64,000 bases of DNA from Leidyana gryllorum EB-2025a. Taxonomy: Eukaryota; Protista; Apicomplexa. Below the pieces are notes generated by a model, which was not told where the DNA came from, did not search any database, and worked only from the letters and a program-made list of their open reading frames with translations. The stretch is from NCBI GenBank assembly GCA_048772705.1, contig JBLWGC010000173.1, positions 186,001 through 250,000 on the forward strand, in the 5' to 3' direction. Shown one piece after another: positions 53,101-62,381 of this stretch. A program made the translations under genes and the position numbers. Numbering within the stretch: position 1 is the stretch's first letter; each line of letters starts with the position of its first letter.

Positions 53101-56100
53101 TGTTGGCTCGGGTTGTGAGTCGGCAGCAGTTTCGGCCCCTTTCTTCAAAGGAGGTGGAGGCGGTTTCTTTAAACCCACACCGGTCTGTTCGACTCCAGTC
53201 TTCTTGGATGGGGGGGAAGGTTTCATCGGCATGTCGGGCTCTTTGTCGGATGACACATCGGATGCAGTCTCGGTGACGGTCATTTTGGCCAGAGGTCCTT
53301 TCTTGAGGGGAGGAGATGGCTTCTTAGGGGCGTCTCCTCCGTCATCAGCGACCTTTTTGCTCATCACAGTGGGTGTGACTTTCTTGGGTACTGCTTTTGG
53401 AGGCCGATCTGAGTCAGAGTCCACGTCGCTCGTTATCGCAGAGGAGGTCTGGCTGGGAGTGAGAGCCGCTTTGCCCATAGCCATCTTCCCTTTGGGAGGT
53501 GGCGGTGGTTTGGAAGGGAGTTCTTTGCTCCGTGGTGGTGGAGCTTCGATCTCTTCCTCCGGAGGTGGACTCACAGAGACCATTGTGCCACTCTTGGAGC
53601 GGGCGGCCTCTCTGGTCATCTTGGTGGCAGTGGGCACTTTGGGTCCCAGGAGACGCGCCAATTCCGCCACTCGATCAGCCATATTGTTGGAGGGTCCATC
53701 CTTCTGTGAAGGCATTGTCATCTTCGGTTTGGACACCCCCTGAGCTGCTGGCGAGGCTCCTGTTCTGATTTCGAGACTCTTGTGTGTCCCCGGGAGCGGC
53801 CGAGAAGGTGGCGATGTTTGTCCACCTGAGGAAAGAGAAATCGGTGATTGTAAAGGCGATTGGGGCAGTAATGTGCGATAATTGGGCCCCAACTCCTCCT
53901 CTGTTGTCATTCTTAACGGAGACGGAGTGGGACAGAACATTCGAGATGCAAGCTGCTCAGTACCTGTCTTTGGTGGGGGTTTGGGACTTTCTTCCCTGCT
54001 GGATGAGGGCGTCAGATCTCGCCGGTGGAGATTCTTCACACTCGCGACTCCCGGAGGAAACCTCTCTCTGCTGCCACTCACAGTTCCAGCCGTGAAGGCT
54101 TGGACTGGAGTGCCGAGAGGGGCATCATACTCGACGTCCAGCGGATCGCGGGGCATAATGTCCCATGGTTTCCTCCGCTTGGGAGACTTTGGCGTAGACG
54201 GGTGACTGGCGGCTTCCTGCTCCGCCAACTGTTGTGCACGTACCTTCGACTTGAGCGGACCCATAGCCGAGGCTCCACTCGACTGACGCGATACAGTGGA
54301 AGACTTGGGGCCAACGCGATCATTGCCAGCCTCGCCAGCCCTCATCTTAGCTTTGCGCTGTCTGATCATATTGAGGAGCTGAGGGCTGTCGAAGTCTTTC
54401 GCGTCGTCGACGAGGGCATCGACTAAGGCAATGACCCGTCCACTCGCTTGGTGTGCATCTTGATCACGATCGCGGCTCTCGGCACCCGGACGTCCCTTCT
54501 CAGCCTTAGACTTCATCAGGACCAGCAGATCTTCGACGCTGTCTTTTGTCAACCCGAGTTCCAACAGCTCGTCTTTGATGATAGCATAATGCTCTTGCCG
54601 CTTGCCGCGTGGGCCATACAATAAGAAATCTGCCCAACTCTCTCCATTTCCAGGATACCCTCTGTCTCGTCTGGCGACCAATTTGTTCCACTGCTCATCG
54701 CGTTTGTGCGTAGAGATCTCGGCAGTCGACTGCCGCCGTGTCTCCTTCTCTTCACGAGCCTTCTTCAACGTCTCCGCCATATCAGCCGACATTAGAGGAT
54801 ACATCTCGAATGGTACCTTCCCACCAGACGCTGACGACACCGGATCGATCGAATACTCGCCTTCCATTGTGTACACTTTGCTCTTCTTGGACGACGAACC
54901 GCTGTCTCGCTTGTCCTTCGAGGACGATCCGCTGTCTCGTTTGTCTTTAGATCGACTGATCGCCGTCTTGGCGCGCTCTCTATCACGTCGACTCGGAGTC
55001 GGCGACCTGTGTCTCTCCTTCTCCTTCTCCTTCTCTTTGCCGCGACGGGTGGGAGTCGGCGACTTGTCCTTCTCATGTCGCTTCGACTTGGAATGAGACG
55101 CCACCTTCGACTCCACCGTGGGCGAACGGCTCCCACCACGAGGCGACGGAGACCGAGACGACGATCGCACCTTCTTGGGAGAGGCCATCTCACTGCCGCT
55201 GCGCGATTGCCGTTCCGAAGATCGGGATCCCTTTCCCTGTTTCCGTACTCGGATATCGTCATATTTGTCCCGTTTCGAATCGTATGTAATTCTTTCCGGC
55301 ATCGAACGCATCGCACGCGTCGGGGGCACAGGAGACGAAAGCAGAACCGGTTGGGCTGTCGCGCGACGGCCTGTCGCCCGACTCCCCGGACCCAAAGGAC
55401 TGCGAGTGCCTTCACGACTCCGTGAGGGTGAGAGCGACGCCCGAGACTTGGTGCTCTCCTGCACTGTTGGGGGACTCATTGTCGGGCTTTGACCCTCTTT
55501 GCTTCGGGAACGTTTCTTCACCTCTCCGGGAGCACTCCCGCCTCTCCGAAGGCGTACATCGGTGTCATCAGCATCCTCACGGCGGCCCGCCATCTCCTCC
55601 TCATGACCTCGAAGAACGGTGGGATAAGTGCCCAGCCGGTCCACAGCCGCCGGAGTAGCAGACTTGCCTTGAGATCGCGTCCACGCATCTCGGATCCGTT
55701 TCAACGTCTCAGTTCCCTCCTTACTTTTCTTAAAACTCTCACTCGGTTTGGGAGGGGATGGCTGGACCTGACTAGGAGAAAGAGACTTCTCTCGTTGTGG
55801 AGGCGGCTGCGCTTCCCGACTTGGGCCTCGAGAGACCCTTGCTGGCGAGGAGGTCTTCTGAGGGGAGGGAGTTTTGGCTGGGCTGGAAGCGTTCTCGCGT
55901 CCTGCGGTGACTGTAGAGGGCGACCCCTGTGTCGATTTGCTCTGGGGTCCGGCGGGGGACGTTGATCGTGATCGACCCAGTTGGGCGGGTTTTGACGGGG
56001 ATCCCTTGGAAGGAGGAGGAGAAGGCGCCGTGGGGCGCTCGGGACTCTCCTGAGGGGCAACTGGTGCTGCTGGTTCTGGTGGAGGCTGCTGCTCTGAAGG

Positions 56101-56904
56101 TGGCTGAGTTTGTGGCTGTTGAGGAACTGGAATTTGCTGCGTTGAGGTGTCCACTGGGGCCTCAGCTTTGCTGTGCATTTGGTTAGGAGGAGAGGAGGGT
56201 TGTGCCGCATTCGGGGGAGGAGCCGGAGGCAAAGAGATTGGAGGCTGCATTTGGGCAAGATGGGAAGGGCCGGCTACTGTTGGTGGCTGGGGGGGAAGTG
56301 GGTTGTGCTGAGCTAAGAGATCATGGGGGTCACTGCCTGCGCCAATGCCATAGACCTCATCAGCATACGATACGTGGGATCCTCTGGCATTAGGGCGTGT
56401 TGAATGTACAAAAGGAGCAGCGAAGACTTCGTCAGTGTGACCGTCCTGCACTTGACGCATGGCTGGGTGCACAGAGGCAGGGACAGGGCCAGATATACCG
56501 AACCCGAAGCTGTATCGAGACATAGGCGGCGGTGGCTCGCGATCCCCGACGAGATGTTTGCCCAGACGGGAGTGGTGACGTGGAGGGAGCAGTCGATCGC
56601 GTTCGGCTTCTTCCCAATCTTGCTTTTTATGTTCTCCTGGGATCATTGGATGGCCTTCCATTGGGGACTGGAAGCTCTCTTTCTGCCATATTCGTTTCCG
56701 TGGGCCTGGTTGGCGCACCCTGACGACAGCTTGCAAAGGGCCTATGGCTTCATATTGGCACCGGAACGAACGACGCTCCCTCATGGGAGCCGGATGGCCA
56801 AATAACAGGCCTAACCGCCTGGTGAGGTTTGAAGGGGGGATCCGTGGCCGGATGAAGTGCCTAGGACGGGGAGATTTGGTGCGTTTTTCCCATACTGCTG
56901 TCAT
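50176..56904 (-). CDS. Giant intronless Pro/Lys/Ser-rich protein with KKPPPPPKK repeats
   Basis: About 2240-aa uninterrupted frame; first in-frame ATG at 56904; function unknown. Confidence 0.8.
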   Translation of the reverse strand: MTAVWEKRTKSPRPRHFIRPRIPPSNLTRRLGLLFGHPAPMRERRSFRCQYEAIGPLQAVVRVRQPGPRKRIWQKESFQSPMEGHPMIPGEHKKQDWEEAERDRLLPPRHHSRLGKHLVGDREPPPPMSRYSFGFGISGPVPASVHPAMRQVQDGHTDEVFAAPFVHSTRPNARGSHVSYADEVYGIGAGSDPHDLLAQHNPLPPQPPTVAGPSHLAQMQPPISLPPAPPPNAAQPSSPPNQMHSKAEAPVDTSTQQIPVPQQPQTQPPSEQQPPPEPAAPVAPQESPERPTAPSPPPSKGSPSKPAQLGRSRSTSPAGPQSKSTQGSPSTVTAGRENASSPAKTPSPQKTSSPARVSRGPSREAQPPPQREKSLSPSQVQPSPPKPSESFKKSKEGTETLKRIRDAWTRSQGKSATPAAVDRLGTYPTVLRGHEEEMAGRREDADDTDVRLRRGGSAPGEVKKRSRSKEGQSPTMSPPTVQESTKSRASLSPSRSREGTRSPLGPGSRATGRRATAQPVLLSSPVPPTRAMRSMPERITYDSKRDKYDDIRVRKQGKGSRSSERQSRSGSEMASPKKVRSSSRSPSPRGGSRSPTVESKVASHSKSKRHEKDKSPTPTRRGKEKEKEKERHRSPTPSRRDRERAKTAISRSKDKRDSGSSSKDKRDSGSSSKKSKVYTMEGEYSIDPVSSASGGKVPFEMYPLMSADMAETLKKAREEKETRRQSTAEISTHKRDEQWNKLVARRDRGYPGNGESWADFLLYGPRGKRQEHYAIIKDELLELGLTKDSVEDLLVLMKSKAEKGRPGAESRDRDQDAHQASGRVIALVDALVDDAKDFDSPQLLNMIRQRKAKMRAGEAGNDRVGPKSSTVSRQSSGASAMGPLKSKVRAQQLAEQEAASHPSTPKSPKRRKPWDIMPRDPLDVEYDAPLGTPVQAFTAGTVSGSRERFPPGVASVKNLHRRDLTPSSSREESPKPPPKTGTEQLASRMFCPTPSPLRMTTEEELGPNYRTLLPQSPLQSPISLSSGGQTSPPSRPLPGTHKSLEIRTGASPAAQGVSKPKMTMPSQKDGPSNNMADRVAELARLLGPKVPTATKMTREAARSKSGTMVSVSPPPEEEIEAPPPRSKELPSKPPPPPKGKMAMGKAALTPSQTSSAITSDVDSDSDRPPKAVPKKVTPTVMSKKVADDGGDAPKKPSPPLKKGPLAKMTVTETASDVSSDKEPDMPMKPSPPSKKTGVEQTGVGLKKPPPPPLKKGAETAADSQPEPTPAVPKKPTPSPPTSKQQGGEASDPLAADDSPPLTKKAPPPPPKKTATATVTDTGSEVSKVEPPTVSKKPPPPPPKKSVAPDTEAQSEEPKGSPSPVESASVQAEDAGEAKKVPGMKKPPLPAKKAGEGPPTTKKAPSLSVRKSIEFEGTDLSADESDVGDRPAPPVMKKPPSPLSSKATAESGPPATKETEAAKTGPAILKKPPLPAKKAPISPDDTSVGESPKEAPSALKKPPPPPKKSTEPQGDDVRAGSVKEAPSVLKKPPPPPPKKAAESPAEGSAVGESPKEAPSVLKKPPPPPKKAAESPAEGSAVDSPPKEAPSVLKKPPPPPKKSEVEPIAETGPKVEEIGGGKKAPILPKKGPLPPKKGPPAKAGDSEEAVQQESSPPQASSPPPAAKNDTEEIKKQSPPAMKVKESVSEKKVPPMKKPPVPKKVQALESGPNTNTNTDSSLAPSMENAPEVIIQKASIPTSKASGGSPPRAETTTASPPPTPPPSSVTDSTPATKKAPILPKKAPVLPKKKSSPPAAPTPDAPTPPPSSAGEDVERPPAKGFQKGPFLSKKPAPSSKSPESIGEKRGSIQDMQAMPPIRGESLPGEEVGDDLVDLPQLPQPKKFPVPLKKVELDSASSIQSDVGPGGSFLVPKKQLLGKKPAEETVDNASSGGSPSSSVTGLAGVTNPSAASPASKAFQKRAGGVTKALLGARSPGGSRLVDVLRKSTEAQRSASQDVFSSPQAPSPKDFESAKSTSHEKSSSLGVTTPTPDDITPKADAILRGEYAPSPGPVPTKVPIAKPSLKKGPASVSFTEQDLQDNVAEFAKKAAVREPSDLTKPPPKSILRNSSSSASLKKLTAATPPSSELPESSVAGGGRETPTLIWSPSMKRRKQQGRIADLIRAEASRLRTSMKKSASEGRAPDTGTLKSLVAQVSDEDMLQEVKQLLEAEGLLTPQVSTEHLESDGGALSPSGLSRYTVREHH
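52100..52450. repeat. ~90-bp coding tandem repeat, about 4 copies (KEAPSVLKKPPPPPKKAAESPAEGSAV)
   Basis: Near-identical DNA units seen directly. Confidence 0.9.
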
Positions 56905-56941
56905 GTTCACTCGGCATGCAGGACGATGCACGGCACGTAAT

Positions 56942-58180
56942 CTAGGCCAGACCAGCTCGTCTCATCGCCTGTAGCATACATTCGCCAATCTCAGCTGGAC
57001 TACGAGCCACCACAGCACCTGCGGCCTCCATGGCCTTAATCTTGCCAGCTGCAGTGCCCCGGTTGCCCGACACAATAGCGCCAGCGTGACCTGAGAGGGT
57101 GTACCACGAATTTAGACCTGAAACCCTCACCCATACGGCGGCCCGGAGGAGCAGAACTGCCAGCAATGAAGGAAACCACGGGTTTCTTGCCTCGGTTGTA
57201 TTCTGCGCATCGGGATATCAGGGAGGTAATGTGATGGAGTAGACATACCCTTCAACCACTCGGCAGCTTCTTCTTCTCCTTCGCCGCCGATCTCGCCAAT
57301 GAGAATGATGCCTAAAGTCGTTCGGATTAATGGGCTTCGGCAGTATGAGCGAGCGCACCTTTAGTTTCATCATCTTCCATGAAGTTCTTGAGCACGTCAA
57401 TGAAAGTTGTACCATTGAAGGGGTCACCGCCGATTCCCACAACAGTGCTTTGTCCCAGACCTCGCTGTGTACAATCAGTTATTTGAGTTAGTTGGACGCT
57501 TATGGAGCGCCTTACGGATGAAGTTTGAGCGACCGCCTCGTAAGTTAGAGTACCAGAGCGACTGACAATGCCAATAGGGCCCTGTTTGTGGATATGTCCG
57601 GGCATGATACCGATCTTGCATTCGTCCGGCTTGATGACACCAGGACAGTTGGGACCAATTAAGGTGGTCTTTGACTGTTGACTGAGAATCCGCTTAACTC
57701 GGACCATATCCAATGCGGGAATGCCCTCTGTGATACACACAACGAGAGGCAGTTCAGCTTCCACACACTCAAGGATTGATTTGCTAGCAAAAGGGGGTGG
57801 AACAAAGATCATTGAGGCTTCGCAACCAGTTTCGCGCATAGCCTGGCAACACTTGCATTTGTTCGCCGCGCCCACTCTTACCTCCTGTACATTCTTGAAA
57901 ACCGGCAAGGAGTCTTTTCCATTCGGTGATCTCCACAGGGAACCAGCTTTGGCAGGGTTGACTCCGCCCACCATTTTGGTGCCGTAACTCAAGCAACCGT
58001 CAGTGTGGTAGGAGCCCTAACAGCGACCATTACGGAAAGGGCCCCGAACGGACTTACATGTTTGCCCGTGATTCCTTGACAAATGACTTTAGTATTCTTG
58101 TCTACATACACCTTCATTTCACGTTGAGCCACAGCGGCCTTGAAAGGAGTTGAAAGGGCATTGCTGTACCGAGAGAGCAT
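56942..58180 (-). CDS. SUCLG1: Succinyl-CoA ligase alpha subunit, mitochondrial (7 exons)
   Basis: Presequence-like N-terminus, [60 protein letters not shown]. Confidence 0.97.
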
Positions 58181-58183
58181 AGT

Positions 58184-59182
58184 TCAAAAGTCTTTGAGGG
58201 GAGTGGTGGGCTCGAAAATAAGAACCCGAGAAAACAGTACCTGTGCTTCGCGACTATGTCCCGAATAAGGAGCCGCCGTATCCGCACAAGAGTCATCTTC
58301 AGTCTGTAACTCTGTTGTTTCATTATCGTTGTTGTCTGAGGGATCTGGATCCTCTGGCGATCGAAGTGTGTCGGGCGACTCTGTCCACCGTTGTAACACG
58401 TGATTGATGGCAAAGCATTCACGCACTTGCCAAGCTAGGCGAAAATGAACAGCTAGTCGCGGTACCTCAAGTGGTGCGTGCTTTTGAGCTCGGAGTCGGC
58501 GAGCTGACGGTCTGAAAAATGGATATTCCTTCGATCTACCACTCTCACTATGTAACTCACATCATCACGTTTTCACAATCTGTATAAGGCACACTTTGCT
58601 CGTCACAGTATGCCTTGATGAGCTGAGTGCATTCATTCGCAGTATTTGGCCGACATATCAGAGTGATCTCCTTTTCTTTGTTCCGAGGGCCCTGCGCAGG
58701 CTGCTCAAACCATTCTTTTTCGTCCCACAATGTGCTCCGGAGGATCAATGTCAAGTTGGAACGTGGGTCGGCCGCTAGAGCTGTCATGTAAGAGAGGAAA
58801 GCGAACGCTTGGTAGCACACCAAAGACCCAACTTCATCTATGCACAAAAGGCTGCACAACTGGAAACACGGCGAGACACACAGTACTTACATATGTGGAC
58901 ATCCGGGCGTCCTGTCGGTTCCCAGAAGCGAGTGGACGGTACTGATCATGGTATGAACGGAAACATTGGCATCGGAGAATATCTGCTCAAACCCTATCGA
59001 ATAAACAACCGCCATTCCAGCCAACGTCCTACCTGAGCATAAATGCATTCGTACAGAGAGTAAACTGACTCATTGGAGTATACCACTTTGGCCGACACAC
59101 ACACTGGTAACAGATGATGATTGAGACGCTGATGAAGATATTTGGTCAGACTGTCAAGACACAGGTTCTGAGATGACGTCAT
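58184..59182 (-). CDS. Hypothetical multi-exon protein
   Basis: Exons join in frame through GT-AG introns (..IYAQ|GFEQIF..PTY|LCSLLCIDEVG..); last exon and stop uncertain. Confidence 0.5.
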
Positions 59183-59284
59183 CACTCTACTGTCAACATT
59201 TTACCTACTAAAGGGCTAACGGCAAGTCGATTGCATGAAAAACCCTGATAAGTCTCGTATTTCCGCACACGAGCATGCGCTAGA

Positions 59285-61518
59285 ATGTTGCACCTGGGAG
59301 ATGCCTTCGGATTCTCGGATCTTCGAAATGAAGGGGATAGTCCGGCTATCGACTTGCGCTGCCCTTACCCCACCCTTGTAGACCTTCGTCACCCCTCACT
59401 CCAATTCCGACCTGTTGACATAGCTGCCACTGTTCGTGCAACCGCTGTGAGTTTGTGTGTGTCCGTCTCATATCAGATCCGTTTGCTTCAGAATGAGATC
59501 TATCAGGTCTTCGAGCGTCATCTTCGCAATCCCTCTACACTATCTGTTGTACAAAAGTGTATTGCAGTGGTCATGCCAGATCGATGTGATATGATCTTCA
59601 CCATGTTGGCTATCGCAGGACTGAGTGATATCGCTTGTCCTCTGGACGTGCATCTCAGTGCATATGAATACAAGTATCTGATGTCTCATATGCGTTGTAC
59701 TCTGCTTATCGTCGGTTCTGAGGGATCAGTGGGAGCCGAACGTGCGGCAAAACAGCTCGGCATCCCATGTGCGCGCTTCAGATGGCACCATCCGGCGGCT
59801 ATGGGAGGCGAACCAAAACTGCCGCAGCCCACATTGTCCATTGACGGAGCCCACTCCGACGGCCCAGCACCCAATCATCCAGATTTAGTCATTAGTCCTA
59901 AGGAGTTTGAGGTTTGCTGCAAGTACTACACAGCGGGATACACTGGGAAGCCAAAATTAGTCGCACTGACGCACCGCAATGTGGTTCTTTCTCTCGCCAA
60001 CATGCAGAAGACGTATGCTTGGAGTAGCTACACGGGCGAGAACTGTGACATTGACGATCTGGACGCCGGATTGTCCATCACCCCGTTATCACTGATGCAC
60101 GGGTTGATTGCTGGCTGCTTGAGTCCATTGGCCGCGCAAACCCGGGTGATCATTCCTGCAGACGGCTTCCGGCCGGATAAAGTGTGGGATGAAGTTGTTG
60201 CCAACAACATCACTTGGCTCAGCATGACTCCGACAATGCTGAAAACCCTTTTAGATGCACCCCCCACCGAGAATTCGGCCGCGCCCTCTCCTGGGCAGTC
60301 CCCCGTGACCATTAGTGTCGCAGGAGAGTCCGAATCGCAAGCCGGAGGCACCGAAGACGCTAAGAGTACAGATGCGAAATCTATCTTTATCACCCCTCAC
60401 ACAGTCCTCCCCAAACACCGGCTCAAGTTTATCCGTGTCACGTCACAACCGTTGGACTCCAGCACAATTGACTTGGCAGCAACAGTATTCAACACTGTCA
60501 TCCTTCAAGCCTACTGTCTCACCGAGGCGGCACATCAGGTCTGCTCCAACGGCTATCCCACTCTCCTCACTCGGAAAGCCGATTCGGTGGGCAAGCCCAC
60601 AGGTACTGAGGTCTGTGTTTTGGACGCCAATCATAATGTATGCCCAATTGATGTGGCTGGAGAAATATGGATCCGAGGTTACAATGTCATTGAGCAGTAT
60701 GAGGATCTGAGGCCCGGAGATGACACCAAAGAATTCATATCCCACAATCACATCAACTGGAAAGCGTGCGGAGACAAACAGCCCTCATATTGTTCAGCGG
60801 CCTTCGACCTTGCCTTGGGGGTCCACAGATCTTTTAGCAGCAGTTTGACAAATATCAACCCAGCCACCATCCCCCAGGCGGGACGGATGTCGCGACATCG
60901 GATATCTGTGGATGATCTCCCCCCGGAACTCCGACCCCCGGCCGATAAGGCACCTCGCACTCGCTCTTCCAACACCACGCGGGGACTATTGCGATTCGCC
61001 AGCGCGTTAGAACCGTATGTCGATAGCGACTTCCCTCACAGGACTGAGCCCCTAATCTCCCCCCTTCCTCTCCAAATCGAGTGGTTCCGAACTGGCGACA
61101 CGGGACGGATGGATAGTGAAGGATATCTGTTCGTCATAGGGAGAAACACTGAGGTGATCAACAGGTGAGATCTGTGATGTTGAAAGAACAATCCGAAACT
61201 TAATGTCTCAGAGGTGGAGCCAAAGTTTCACCCCACGAAATAGAGCAGGTGTTCAATGACTTCCCAGAGATCAAAGAATGCGCAGCATTCGGTGTCCAAG
61301 ACAAGAGAATGGGCGAGGAAATTCATTTAGCCGTCGTCCTGGAGGAGGGGAAAGAGTTGAACAGCGAGATCACGCGTTTGTGGTGTGAGCGATCACGGGA
61401 CCGTCTTGCCTTCTACAAGGTTCCCACGGACATTCATGCCGTGAAAGCTTTACCACGAGACACTGCCGGAAGAATACATCGAGAAACGCTGCAACATCAA
61501 GTGCTCCCGCATTTTTGA
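59285..61518 (+). CDS. ANL-family acyl-CoA synthetase, oxalyl-CoA ligase (AAE3/Pcs60)-like, divergent
   Basis: YTAGYTGKPKLVALTHRN, MHGLIAG.LSPL, QAYCLTEAAHQVCSN, SVGKP, WFRTGD, INR|GGAKVSPHEIE, FYKVP. Confidence 0.85.
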
Positions 61519-62346
61519 GCCCGATTCTCATCATTGGGTGTCCAATCCCACAATCTTCTCAAAGGCAGTTTCTCATCATCAGTCCTCGTGAGAAGCGGTT
61601 CAACAGCTGCATAGACCTTTCGCTCAATCTCTGCAATACTTCCGCTGGCATCAATCACAACCCATCGAGCCACATCGCCAGTTGCTTCACGGAGCTCATG
61701 TTGAAGCGCTTCAAACGTGTCTTGGACTTTGTTTTGAATCTCTGCCTTTTCGTATACCTCTGCGAACCCATCACCATTTTATCAACCGTTGAGCACAAAC
61801 GTTACCTCCTCCACCCTCTGTAGTTTCAGAACGGTGCAGCATCTGTTGGGGATCACCCTTTAGCTGAATGATAATGTCCGGCGCTGTCAGCCCGTCATCC
61901 GGCTTCGCACACCAGTCTTTGTCGAAACCCTGGACCACCTCTGTGTTGACTTATCAGGAGGCAAGCCGGGCTCACCAGTGCAGCACGCGAATAAACAACA
62001 CCACTTATCGCGAATCGATCGCACACCACGTGTGTTCCGCTGAGCAGCAGATTCCGGATTCGTTCATTCCATTCCCAGCGGTTGGCAGAGAAGAGCAGAT
62101 GGGCGGCATGAGTATCACAACCCCCTTCTTGCTTCAAATATGCATCCAATTGACGTCCGATGACAGTAGTTCGGTCTACAGATTCGTGCCGAATCACACC
62201 ACACACATGTTCAATTTACCAGGAAATCTAATATGTTTGACTAGATTTTGCTGATCCTCAAGCTTTGCAGCTAAGATTTTGCTTTGAGTGGTCTTGCCAC
62301 ATCGGTCAATACCCTCAAAAAGGATGAATAGCCCTCTCTTGGTCAT
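61497..62346 (-). CDS. TMPK: Thymidylate (dTMP) kinase, eukaryotic type (multi-exon)
   Basis: MTKRGLFILFEGIDRCGKTTQ, IRFP|DRTTVIG, HLLFSANRWE, VVCDRF..SGVVYS, GLTAPD, EVYEK, WVVIDAS; stop TGA at 61499-61497. Confidence 0.95.
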
Positions 62347-62381
62347 AACGGGTCACTTTTTTTTTTCTGTCATTGTGCAGG

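Noticed and set aside
50345-56805. Long + strand ORFs (Gly/Phe-rich) opposite the giant protein
   Set aside because: Antisense shadows of Pro/Lys codon repeats
58700-58860. ORC/AAA+ assignment from LLCIDE (Walker B-like)
   Set aside because: No Walker A or other supporting motif seen; left as hypothetical
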